Source: an uncultured virus (IMG/VR IMGVR_UViG_3300037466_000868)
Lineage: Duplodnaviria; Heunggongvirae; Uroviricota; Caudoviricetes
IMG/VR virus record: IMGVR_UViG_3300037466_000868
DNA length: 64,000 nucleotides
Direction: 5' to 3' (one strand)
In this document: positions 37,829 to 46,615 of the stretch, one piece after another
How the letters are laid out: each line of letters begins with the position of its first letter
Numbering within the stretch: position 1 is the stretch's first letter
Translations under genes and position numbers: made by a program
The notes under the pieces: model-generated
Told to the model about the DNA's origin: nothing
Databases searched by the model: none
The model's input: the letters and a program-made list of their open reading frames with translations, nothing else

Positions 37829-38159
37829 TACCAGCCTTGTAAAGAAACATCTACGCGTCGACAGCGCCGACGAGGATGACGTGATTGCGGCGTATCAGGC
37901 CGCAGCCGAGGCCAGTGTTTGCGAATATATCGATCGCGACGTGTATGTGTCGGGCGATAGTCCGGTGTCGACGGACGAATATGCCATTGAGATCGAGCCG
38001 CCCATTACTGCGGCAATCCTGTTGCTGATTGGCGACCTCTACGCTAACCGAGAGCCTGATTACAAACTGGGCGGTGATGCCGTGTTACCCCGCGCTGTGC
38101 GTGCCTTGCTGGCTCCGTATCGGGTTTGGCGTGTCGTGAGCGAGGGCGCTTGTGACTGA
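37815..38159 (+). CDS. Head-tail connector (HK97 gp6-like)
   Basis: VKKHLRVD..DED; AILLLIG.LYANRE; LL.PYR. Confidence 0.93.
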   Translation: MPLLDTSLVKKHLRVDSADEDDVIAAYQAAAEASVCEYIDRDVYVSGDSPVSTDEYAIEIEPPITAAILLLIGDLYANREPDYKLGGDAVLPRAVRALLAPYRVWRVVSEGACD

Positions 38160-39105
38160 ACCCAAGCGCGAATTGCTTTTGCAGGGTATGCACGGGTTAG
38201 GAGACAATCTCCATCAACGTGCCGTCATCCTGCAATTAATGCAGCGCTACGACGTCACGCTGGAGTCGTCGTGGGTTGCGCCGTATTACGATTTAATCGC
38301 GGACGGCCTTAAGGTCGTTCACAAACCGACCACGCTGCGGACCCAGGCCAAGAACGCCAAGCGTGAGGCCGGTTTATTCCATAAGCGTGCCCCGCAGAAC
38401 ACGCGCAAGCGTAAGGTTTGGTACGCGCCGCGAGAAGTAAGAGCCTGCGGCGGCGTTCTGGCCGCCATGTGCCGCAACTGTGATGTGTCTTACGATAAGG
38501 CCGACTTCCGGCTTCCTGTAAAGCCTGAGTGGATTGCGGCGGCGCGTGAGGCGGTGCCAACAGACAAGCCCATCTTGGTCTACCGGCCTTTGGTTGAACG
38601 GACCGAATGGAACGGATGCGCGGCACGAAATCCAGACGTAGACGCATACGACGTCCTATTCCAGAGCATCCGCGATCGCTTTTATGTTGTGTCTATTGCC
38701 GATCTAGTGCCGAAAGTCGAGTGGATTACCAGTCACGCTGTTTTGGCGGATAAGGCATTTCATGCTGGCGAACTTCCTTTTGAGACTTTGGCTGGTCTCT
38801 TTCATATTGCGGCGCTCGCGTTCACCGCGCCAGGCTTCGCGGTAATCCTTGCGCAGGCTGTTGGCTGCCCGGTTGCCGCAGTATTCGGCTCATATGAGGC
38901 CAGTTACAGTTTTAGCGGCGGGGCGCGTTATTCGCCGTATCTGGGCATAGATCCGATTACGCCATGCGACGATTTCAAGCACGATAACACCGAGGACAAG
39001 ACGATTGACGTCCCGCAAGCCAAATCCCGCCTTGCTTTATTCGCCGGCGACGCGATCGAGCGTCACCATCAACGCGCCGAAGGCAAACCTGCAAGGGCTG
39101 CCTGA
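38152..39105 (+). CDS. GT-B fold glycosyltransferase (GT9-like)
   Basis: GLGD N-terminal motif; LA.AVG.P..A.FG C-terminal motif. Confidence 0.7.
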   Translation: MTEPKRELLLQGMHGLGDNLHQRAVILQLMQRYDVTLESSWVAPYYDLIADGLKVVHKPTTLRTQAKNAKREAGLFHKRAPQNTRKRKVWYAPREVRACGGVLAAMCRNCDVSYDKADFRLPVKPEWIAAAREAVPTDKPILVYRPLVERTEWNGCAARNPDVDAYDVLFQSIRDRFYVVSIADLVPKVEWITSHAVLADKAFHAGELPFETLAGLFHIAALAFTAPGFAVILAQAVGCPVAAVFGSYEASYSFSGGARYSPYLGIDPITPCDDFKHDNTEDKTIDVPQAKSRLALFAGDAIERHHQRAEGKPARAA

Positions 39106-39619
39106 GCGTTATATCCATCCCGGCGAATTAGATGTTCTGGCGCACCTGATGCAAGGCGCGCGCGTTGTGGCGGAATTCGGCTGCAACAATGGTCGCACGG
39201 CAGCGGCGATGCTGCGAAATGTGCCGACGATTGAGCGATATGTCGGCGTCGACGTCAAGCCGGGTTATTCGTTCGCGTGCAAGGTGCAGGCGCGAGAGAT
39301 GCCTGCGGTGCCGGGCGATCTGGCGTTGGACGACACGCGGTTTGAACTTGTGCTGCGTAAGCGCGGCACGTTCGATTTAACAGCTGCGGATTTGCCAACC
39401 TGCGACGCGGTGTTTATCGATGGCGACCATTCTGAGGCGGCTGTTCTCTGGGATAGGGGGCTTGCTTTGTCTGTTGTTCGCCCTGGCGGGCTTATTGTTT
39501 ATCACGACGATAATGGCCTCGATTGCGTTGATGTTAGCCTGGTTCTGGATGTTCTCGCAGACGGTGGAGCGGATATCCGGCATGTTGCTGGGACGTGGTT
39601 GGCGTTTGAGCGGGTGTAG
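39005..39619 (+). CDS. Class I SAM-dependent methyltransferase (Methyltransf_24-like)
   Basis: EFGCNNGRT; GVD; FIDGDH; PGG.I.YHD. Confidence 0.88.
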   Translation: MTSRKPNPALLYSPATRSSVTINAPKANLQGLPERYIHPGELDVLAHLMQGARVVAEFGCNNGRTAAAMLRNVPTIERYVGVDVKPGYSFACKVQAREMPAVPGDLALDDTRFELVLRKRGTFDLTAADLPTCDAVFIDGDHSEAAVLWDRGLALSVVRPGGLIVYHDDNGLDCVDVSLVLDVLADGGADIRHVAGTWLAFERV

Positions 39620-39625
39620 TCCCAA

Positions 39626-40156
39626 GTGAAACGCATCCTTGGCCCCGACAAAGAACAAGTCATTATAGACCAGATCAAGAGCGTCTTAGGCGTTCGCGGT
39701 GCTGTTGCTGAGTGCGGCGTTTATTGTGGTTCCACACTTCACGCGATGGCGTTAGCCGCGCCGGACAAGGCGGTTTACGGCTTCGATACGTTCGAAGGCT
39801 TGCCCGCAGAGATGCACTCGGACAACGAGCCGCACAAGGTTGGCGACTTCGCGGATACCAGCATCGACGCAGTTGCTGCCGACATGCCGCCTAACGTGAC
39901 GTTGATGCAGGGCGTGTTCCCGGCCTCTGCCGCCGCGCTAGACAACACCAAATTCGCCTTCGTTCATCTGGATTTTGACTTCTACGAATCGACGCGGGCC
40001 GCCCTTGAGTGGCTTTTGCCGCGAATGTCGGACGGTGGCAAGATCGTATTTGACGACTACGAGTGGGACCATTGCCCCGGCGTTAAGCGCGCCATTGATG
40101 AGTTCGGATTGTCGGTAAAGCGTACTGTTCCGTTTCAGGTGGTGTGGACGAAATGA
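39626..40156 (+). CDS. TylF/MycF-family O-methyltransferase
   Basis: ECGVY.G; FDTFEGLP; G.F; HLD.D.YES; GG.I.FDDY. Confidence 0.9.
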   Translation: MKRILGPDKEQVIIDQIKSVLGVRGAVAECGVYCGSTLHAMALAAPDKAVYGFDTFEGLPAEMHSDNEPHKVGDFADTSIDAVAADMPPNVTLMQGVFPASAAALDNTKFAFVHLDFDFYESTRAALEWLLPRMSDGGKIVFDDYEWDHCPGVKRAIDEFGLSVKRTVPFQVVWTK

Positions 40157-40491
40157 AAGCCGGCACCCTCAACAAACGCGCCCGGTTTGAGTCGCAAGTC
40201 GCGGTCAGCGACGGCGCGGGCGGCTCCACTTTATCGTGGCAGGAATACGTCACGGTATGGGCGCAACTGTCGCCAGAGCGCGCGCGAGAGAAAATCCAAC
40301 AGGGCCGCATCGCTGATAATCAGGCTGGAGTGTTGCGCGTGCGGTCCAGCACAGCAACTCGACTGATCGATGCAACGTATCGCGTTGTGGTGGATGGGGT
40401 CACGTACAACGTGCGCGGCGCGGCGAATCCAGATCAACGAAACGATATGGTTGAGTTCGTCGTAGAGACGGACGGGACGCAGGCGGGCTGA
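40153..40491 (+). CDS. Head closure (stopper) protein
   Basis: AG.L..R; DG.GG; TVWA. Confidence 0.9.
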   Translation: MKAGTLNKRARFESQVAVSDGAGGSTLSWQEYVTVWAQLSPERAREKIQQGRIADNQAGVLRVRSSTATRLIDATYRVVVDGVTYNVRGAANPDQRNDMVEFVVETDGTQAG

Positions 40492-40991
40492 TGGCCATAC
40501 GCGCGCGGTTCACGCCGCAGAGCCGGGCCGCGGTGACAAAGCGTCTACGCGAGTTGGTTCCTAACGCTGAAGCGCAGATTGCCAGGGCGCAGGAAGAGTC
40601 CGCAAAAGAACTAGCTGAGGCGATTAAGGCCCGCGCGCCGCGTAAGAGCGGACGCTACGCGGAGAGTATCGAGGCTGGGAAGCTGGCTGGTCGCAATGAC
40701 GGTCGCAAGCCTATCGGGATGCAGGAGACCAAAGACCCGAACGCATGGGGCATCTTCGCTAGTTATTTGTGGAGATTTATCGAGTTCGGCACTCGCCCGC
40801 ACACCATCAAGGCGAAGCGCGTTTCGGATTTGGTGTTTTACGCCAACGGGCAAAAGATCGTAACGCCGCAGGTGTCGCACCCCGGCACGACTAAACAGCC
40901 ACACATCTTTCCAACGTATCGCCAGTACAAGAAGCGTATCCGACGCCGCATGTTGCGCGCCATTCGGAACGCTATCAACGGCAAAAAGTAA
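40491..40991 (+). CDS. HK97 gp10-like tail completion protein
   Basis: AP..SG; F.EFGT; QP...P. Confidence 0.88.
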   Translation: MAIRARFTPQSRAAVTKRLRELVPNAEAQIARAQEESAKELAEAIKARAPRKSGRYAESIEAGKLAGRNDGRKPIGMQETKDPNAWGIFASYLWRFIEFGTRPHTIKAKRVSDLVFYANGQKIVTPQVSHPGTTKQPHIFPTYRQYKKRIRRRMLRAIRNAINGKK

Positions 40992-41005
40992 CAGCATCGG
41001 GCATA

Positions 41006-41413
41006 ATGTCAGACGGCTCTTTCGAACTTCAAGCGGCGGTTTATACCACGCTGAACGGTCTGACGCCGACCTTAGCGGCTGGTGGTGTTCACGCGCCTGC
41101 CGCACAGGACACGCCGCTTCCGTATGTTGAGGTTGGCGACGCCGACTCTTTGGCGGCTGACGCGCAAGGTCGGCAAGGCGTCACAGAGACGCTAACCATT
41201 CACGTTTGGACGGCGGCAGGTTCTTTCGGGCCAGCAAAGCAAATCATTTCCAGAATTCGCGACGCTCTTCATCAGAAGAAATTGACTGTCTCTGGTCGGT
41301 CGTATGCGTCGTCGATCGTTAGCAACACCAGAATCTTCACCGATGAAGACAGCACGTCAATTCACGGTGTCGTTTCACTGACAGTCAATCATTTCGGGCA
41401 AGAGGTTTCCTGA
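41006..41413 (+). CDS. Tail terminator (DUF3168)
   Basis: LQ.AV...L; PYV..G; IHVW; HGV. Confidence 0.88.
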   Translation: MSDGSFELQAAVYTTLNGLTPTLAAGGVHAPAAQDTPLPYVEVGDADSLAADAQGRQGVTETLTIHVWTAAGSFGPAKQIISRIRDALHQKKLTVSGRSYASSIVSNTRIFTDEDSTSIHGVVSLTVNHFGQEVS

Positions 41414-41847
41414 TGGCGCAGCAAGACGCAAAAGAACTAGTTATCAAGCGTGGTGACGGGGCCTCCCCGGAAGTGTTTTCCTTCGTTTGCGGCATTCGCA
41501 CTCGCACGTTCTCCATGTCGAATGCGTCGATTGACACGACCGTTCCGAATTGTGAAGATCCGTCGCTTCCGATTGTAGCAACCGCGCGGCCTGGCCGACA
41601 GACCATCACGTTCTCTGGCGACGGCCTGTTCGATAGCAACGCGGCGGGCAAGGCTATTGCCGACGACGCGCGCGAGCAGAACATCGAAACGAACTATCAG
41701 GTGATCGTGCCTGGTTACGGAACTTTCGAAGGGCCGTTCTTCATTTCCGACTTTCAATGGAATGGAGATATGGAAGACCCGCTTGCCTTCTCGGCGACGT
41801 GGACTCCGCTTGATGCTTCTCAACTGACCTTCACGCCGGCAGCGTAA
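41413..41847 (+). CDS. Major tail tube protein
   Basis: GDG..PE.F..VCG; SGDG; P..G...GPF. Confidence 0.88.
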   Translation: MAQQDAKELVIKRGDGASPEVFSFVCGIRTRTFSMSNASIDTTVPNCEDPSLPIVATARPGRQTITFSGDGLFDSNAAGKAIADDAREQNIETNYQVIVPGYGTFEGPFFISDFQWNGDMEDPLAFSATWTPLDASQLTFTPAA

Positions 41848-42221
41848 TGTCGTTGTCATATAATGCAGAGCGGGGCGAAGTCCCGCTTTCGGTCGGCGAT
41901 GTCGAGTTGGTCATCGCCGCTGAGATGAGGGGACTTGCCGCGCTGTCAACGCGGCTCAGCAATCCTGGCTTTTCCGATATGTACGCAAGGCTTGCGAGCG
42001 CCGAAATCAACGCCACGATGGCTGCGGTTGAGTGCCTGACCGTGAAGGGTGATGGCGCAAAAGCTGCTACCGACATGACGCTGGCCGATCTTCCACGCTG
42101 CACTGAGGCCATTGCCAAGGCAATCGCGCATCACGCGGAGAAGGCGTCAAAAAACGAGGAAGCCGCCAAGACGGAGACGACCGGATCCCTTGGCGGCGCT
42201 GGCTCGGGTTCGCAACCGTAA
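41847..42221 (+). CDS. Tail assembly chaperone (G)
   Basis: N..RGEV; between tail tube and tape measure. Confidence 0.82.
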   Translation: MSLSYNAERGEVPLSVGDVELVIAAEMRGLAALSTRLSNPGFSDMYARLASAEINATMAAVECLTVKGDGAKAATDMTLADLPRCTEAIAKAIAHHAEKASKNEEAAKTETTGSLGGAGSGSQP

Positions 42222-42373
42222 GGCTACGTTGGTCTCCGGTTGAGTTCTGGTCGTCGACCATGACGGAATTTACCGCAGCGACAGACTTTTGGCTTGAAGC
42301 CAACGGTGTGAAGACTGGCGGAAACGCCCCGAGCCGTGAAAGGCTGGACAAACTCAAGCGGATGTATGGTTAG
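42149..42373 (+). CDS. Tail assembly chaperone -1 frame extension (GT)
   Basis: A AAA AAC slippery site 42149-42155; -1 frame has L.WSP.EFW..T..E. Confidence 0.82.
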   Translation, partial: KKRGSRQDGDDRIPWRRWLGFATVRLRWSPVEFWSSTMTEFTAATDFWLEANGVKTGGNAPSRERLDKLKRMYG

Positions 42374-42684
42374 CGGGAACACTTCTGGAGTTCGGCGGTG
42401 AATTTATCGCCAGACTCCAGAAAGCCATTTAGAGCAGCGGCCAAGGCTGCGCGCTTCGCCTCGAATTGTACCAAGGCCGGCGCGGCGTCACTACCAGCCA
42501 ATTCAAGCGTTGCCTTTGGCGTGTGAGCGCCAAGTTTGTCGATGGCGAGTTTTGTCTCTGCCGCGGACATTAAAATTCCTCTGGTGGGCGCCTGAAGCGC
42601 GCCACAGAACGCTTGGTCCGGTGCTGCATTTACCGCCGATATCCCAAGCAGTAGCGCGCCAATAGCGCCCAAAATCCTCAACAC
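42370..42684 (-). CDS. Antisense secreted protein (moron-like)
   Basis: Signal peptide ending AVNA; two Cys; opposite strand inside the tail operon. Confidence 0.7.
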   Translation of the reverse strand: MLRILGAIGALLLGISAVNAAPDQAFCGALQAPTRGILMSAAETKLAIDKLGAHTPKATLELAGSDAAPALVQFEAKRAALAAALNGFLESGDKFTAELQKCSR

Positions 42685-42705
42685 GTTAAGCCTCCAGCGG
42701 TACGA

Positions 42706-44775
42706 ATGGCCGATAACGAACAGCTAGTATTATCCATCTCGGCCGACACCCGAGCGATGCAGCGTCAGCTTGACAAGCTGGTGCAGTCGCTTGGCGACGT
42801 AGATACTAGCGCGGGACAGGCATTTGTAAAAGCCCCTCCGAAGATTGATGCGGTGACGAAATCGCTTGGGGCCGCCAAGTTTCAGACCGCAAACCTTGCC
42901 GCGCAGTTTCAGGATATCGCGGTTTCCTTGCAGGGCGGTCAGTCGCCTTTCACGGTGGCGCTTCAGCAGGGTACTCAGATCAGCCAGGTTCTAGGGCAAG
43001 CTGGTGCCGGTGGCGTTGTTAAACTGCTTGGCACCGCGTTTGCCTCTTTAGTCTCGCCAGTATCGCTGGCCACGATTGGTATTATTGCGCTTGGCGGTGC
43101 GGCCGTTTCTTACGGTCTGAAGGCTATCGGAGCCGTTGATGATCTCGACGAGCGCATCAAAAAGCATACTGAGTTAGTTAAGTCGCTAAAGGAAGTTTAT
43201 GGCGACGCGGCCAAGGGTATTGACACGTCGACGAAAGAGAGCGCGGAAGTTCTTCGCGCCCTCTTAAGTATCTCGACTGACAAACTCCAGAAAGACTTTA
43301 AGAAACTTGCACTGTCTGCCGCAGCCCCCGGCCAGCAGATGGCGCAGTTCGTTGACGACTTCGGCCGCATTATCGAGACGGGCGCAGACAAGTTCGCGCC
43401 ATTTCGTAAAGCAATTGATGATTTTAACGCTTCGGTTCGATCTGGAAAACCAGACGTACAGGCGTTTCGCGATTCGATTTCGGAAACTGTTAACAGCAGT
43501 CCCGATCAAAAGGTCCGCGCGCTCGGCGGGGAGTTGCTTGACGCCAGCAAGAATGCTGGTGAGTTGGCAAACTCTCTGCGTGCCGTTGGCGACGCTGGTA
43601 AGGGCCTAGACGCTGCGGCGCTGGCTGCCGCCGCAATCAATAAGAATTTCGCCGACGCGCTAAAGACGCTCGGCGGAACTGTTTCGAAGAATCTCGACGA
43701 CAGAGAGAAGATCGAGCAAAACTATAAGAAGGTGATGCAATCCGCCAATAGCGACGACAAACAAATGATCGCTATGGCGGAGCGCGACAATCAGCTCGCA
43801 ATCCTGTCGTACAATGAGCGCAAGAAGGCGGCGGAGCAGGCCGGTAAAGCCGCCGAGTCTGCAGCGAAGCGGTTCCAAGGACAGCTTGACTCAGTATCCA
43901 AGCGGAATGCGCAATTGTTCGGCGCGCAGAGCGGCATTGGGCAGGGCGTAGAACAGCTCGTTAAACTTGAGACGCAGTACCGGCTCACTGAGGCGGCCCA
44001 ACAGGCATTCGGCAAGGTTACGCCAGAGATTGCCGCTAAGATTGATGCAGTGGCTGCTGCGGCAGGACGTGCGGCGGATGCTCTCGCTAAGGCGAAGTTG
44101 CAATCCGATATCGGATTCGAGCGTTCGCAGATTGGCTTGTCCCCGGCAGAGCAGAGCGCCAACTCTCGTCTGCGCTCTGTTTTCGGCGACGACGTCAATT
44201 CCGCCCAAGCGCAGTTCTACAAGCAACAGTTGCTCGTCAACGACGCGTTGCGCCAATACAGCGACATAGGCAAAGACGCCACCAAGGGGTTCATTTCCGA
44301 CATTCTGGCGGGCAAGTCCGCGCTGGAAAGCCTGGGTGGCGCGCTGGAAAAGATCGGCAACAAGCTGATCGACATGGCCGTTGATGGGCTGTGGGGCAAG
44401 GCGTTCGGTGGAAGCGGTGGGTTGCTGTCGCTGCTTGGTGGCGGTGGGAGCGGGGCGTCCAGCCTCATGCAGGTTGGCAATCAATTTTTCCCGAAGTTTG
44501 CCAACGGCACGAACTTTGCGCCGGGCGGACTTGCATTGGTCGGTGAACGTGGCCCCGAGTTGGTGAATCTGCCGCGGGGGGCGTCTGTCACGCCTAACAA
44601 CGAACTTATGGGCATGGGTGGTGTGAACGCTCCCGTTTCCATTTCCATTGACGCACGTGGCGCAGACGCGGCGGGGCTGGCGCGGTTGCAGGCCGAGATC
44701 GCACGCCTGCGCGCGGAGTTGCCGTCGACGATCACGGCGACGGTCAAAAAGAAGCAGTACGGGGGCGTGTTGTAA
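42706..44775 (+). CDS. Tape measure protein
   Basis: NLAAQFQDI...GQSP..V..QQG.QI; Ala-rich; FA.G...VGERGPE. Confidence 0.95.
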   Translation: MADNEQLVLSISADTRAMQRQLDKLVQSLGDVDTSAGQAFVKAPPKIDAVTKSLGAAKFQTANLAAQFQDIAVSLQGGQSPFTVALQQGTQISQVLGQAGAGGVVKLLGTAFASLVSPVSLATIGIIALGGAAVSYGLKAIGAVDDLDERIKKHTELVKSLKEVYGDAAKGIDTSTKESAEVLRALLSISTDKLQKDFKKLALSAAAPGQQMAQFVDDFGRIIETGADKFAPFRKAIDDFNASVRSGKPDVQAFRDSISETVNSSPDQKVRALGGELLDASKNAGELANSLRAVGDAGKGLDAAALAAAAINKNFADALKTLGGTVSKNLDDREKIEQNYKKVMQSANSDDKQMIAMAERDNQLAILSYNERKKAAEQAGKAAESAAKRFQGQLDSVSKRNAQLFGAQSGIGQGVEQLVKLETQYRLTEAAQQAFGKVTPEIAAKIDAVAAAAGRAADALAKAKLQSDIGFERSQIGLSPAEQSANSRLRSVFGDDVNSAQAQFYKQQLLVNDALRQYSDIGKDATKGFISDILAGKSALESLGGALEKIGNKLIDMAVDGLWGKAFGGSGGLLSLLGGGGSGASSLMQVGNQFFPKFANGTNFAPGGLALVGERGPELVNLPRGASVTPNNELMGMGGVNAPVSISIDARGADAAGLARLQAEIARLRAELPSTITATVKKKQYGGVL

Positions 44776-45360
44776 ATGGCCGTCGTTGATCTGTTGTCGG
44801 GCTTTCCGGGTTGGTCGACAACCTTCGAATTACTTTGGCGGCAAGAAACCAGCCGCGCCGCAGGCGGGCGCACCTACGTCAAAGATTTGGGCGATCCGCT
44901 GTGGACCGCCACGTATCAGACGCGCTTGCTGACAATCAATGAGTTGGATTACTGGCGCGCTAAACTTGACGCGCTGGAGAATGGCGCAGGCACTTTCTAC
45001 GGTCGTTCGCTGTCACGGTGTCGCCCGATCAAGCATCCAGGCTCGTCGACGCTGCCGGAAGGCGCGTTGTCCGGCATTGGCTCTGACCGCAAGACTCTCA
45101 CGATTGCCGATCTGGCAGGCGTCACCCTTTCAGTTGGCGACATGCTTCAAATCGGCACGGCTGATTTACACCGCGTCGTGGTGGCGGGCAGCAGCGTTGA
45201 GGTCCGCCCGACATTGTGGCCCGGCGTTACGACGGGCGCGGCGGTGGTTATCAGCAATCCGTCCTGCATCATGGCGATTGTGCCGGGCAGCATACAGTCC
45301 CAAGCCGCGCCCGATACGGGCGACGGCACTGTGACGTTTCAGGCGATGGAGGCGAGGTGA
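44776..45360 (+). CDS. Distal tail protein-like
   Basis: Position after TMP; G.PLW; L.VGD; P.L. Confidence 0.7.
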   Translation: MAVVDLLSGFPGWSTTFELLWRQETSRAAGGRTYVKDLGDPLWTATYQTRLLTINELDYWRAKLDALENGAGTFYGRSLSRCRPIKHPGSSTLPEGALSGIGSDRKTLTIADLAGVTLSVGDMLQIGTADLHRVVVAGSSVEVRPTLWPGVTTGAAVVISNPSCIMAIVPGSIQSQAAPDTGDGTVTFQAMEAR

Positions 45361-45545
45361 TGAGCGAAGTAAGGCCGGCATTTGAAGTTGTGATGGTCGA
45401 GGGTGCGCCACGTATCGCGCTGCGCGATGGGCTGGATTGGAATGAAGTGTTTGAGTGGATCGCGAGCCTAGAAACTCGAATGACAATTATCGAAGGCGAG
45501 TGTCAGGTTAATTCGTTCACTATCGCTAATCTCGCTGCGGAATAA
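45360..45545 (+). CDS. Small hypothetical protein
   Basis: Coupled at both ends. Confidence 0.5.
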   Translation: MSEVRPAFEVVMVEGAPRIALRDGLDWNEVFEWIASLETRMTIIEGECQVNSFTIANLAAE

Positions 45546-46165
45546 TGCGCTCCTTCTCCTCCACCCTCCAAAACGCGCTGCTCAACCGCACAATCGTTTT
45601 CCGCGATTTCTTGTGGTTGATCCCGCGCGATATGTCGACTGGCAATCCCGCGCCTTACGGCTTCTGGTCTGGCGCGGGCAACATCTCGGCGCAGGTCATC
45701 AACCCACTGTCCGGCAGTGCCGTCACGCGCAACTTCGAAGGCGCTGGCGCACTGATCTCCATCAGCGATATCCCTGCGGTGTCGACGCTGGAGCCGCAGG
45801 AAGTCTCAATCCACATTTCGCAATTAAACGACGATGCTCAGGCGGTTGTCCGTGGTTACGATCTGAAGCAGGGCCGCGTTGAGATTTACTCCGGCTATTT
45901 CGATCCGGTCAGCCGCGCATTGCTTGAGCCCGCCTTTTGCCGATTCCAAGGCTTCGTCGACTTCGTTGACGTTCACACGCCGAAAGAAGGCGATGACGGT
46001 TATATCGACCTGACTTGCACGTCGCATAGCTCTGAACTGCGTCGCACTAATCCTGACACGCGCTCGCACGACTCTCAGCAACTGCGCTCACCGGGTGACG
46101 CCTTCTTCAAGGACGTCGTGGCCGTTTCGGATTGGAACATCTTCTGGGGTCAGAAGCAGGGATGA
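45545..46165 (+). CDS. Tail tip/hub-associated protein
   Basis: FW.G.G; F.GF.D; S...Q....PGD.F; WG. Confidence 0.75.
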   Translation: MRSFSSTLQNALLNRTIVFRDFLWLIPRDMSTGNPAPYGFWSGAGNISAQVINPLSGSAVTRNFEGAGALISISDIPAVSTLEPQEVSIHISQLNDDAQAVVRGYDLKQGRVEIYSGYFDPVSRALLEPAFCRFQGFVDFVDVHTPKEGDDGYIDLTCTSHSSELRRTNPDTRSHDSQQLRSPGDAFFKDVVAVSDWNIFWGQKQG

Positions 46166-46581
46166 TCCGCCGAGCTACGCGGGACGACATCCCGGCCATG
46201 CTGGTGTCGTTGCGGAAGCATCACGCCACTCATGCGTTCGCGTGGTCGTTCGATCGCGTCCGCCTGTCGGCTGTCTGCGCGCACGCCATAGAGTCCGACG
46301 AGTGGCTGGCGCTGGTCGGTGACCGCGCGCTGCTCCTAGCGCGCTGGTTCGATTGCGAATTTGGATCGGGCCGCCATGCGATCGAACGGGCGCTGTGGGC
46401 TGAGCGCGGTCAGGGGGCGTCACTGATCGCCGAATACGAACAATGGGCACGTGACGCGGGATGCGTTGACGCCGCCCTGTCGTCGATGCGTCGACCTGAC
46501 GCCTTCGCCCGTCTCTACGGGCGGCTCGGCTACCGGATGGCCGAGACCACCTTCGTCAAGCCTCTGCGCGCAACCGCGTAG
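46162..46581 (+). CDS. GNAT-fold protein
   Basis: MIRRAT.DD; G..L...YE.WA...G; LY.RLGY...E. Confidence 0.75.
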   Translation: MIRRATRDDIPAMLVSLRKHHATHAFAWSFDRVRLSAVCAHAIESDEWLALVGDRALLLARWFDCEFGSGRHAIERALWAERGQGASLIAEYEQWARDAGCVDAALSSMRRPDAFARLYGRLGYRMAETTFVKPLRATA

Positions 46582-46615
46582 CGCATTCGCAATCAATCTC
46601 ACGGGTAATCGATAA

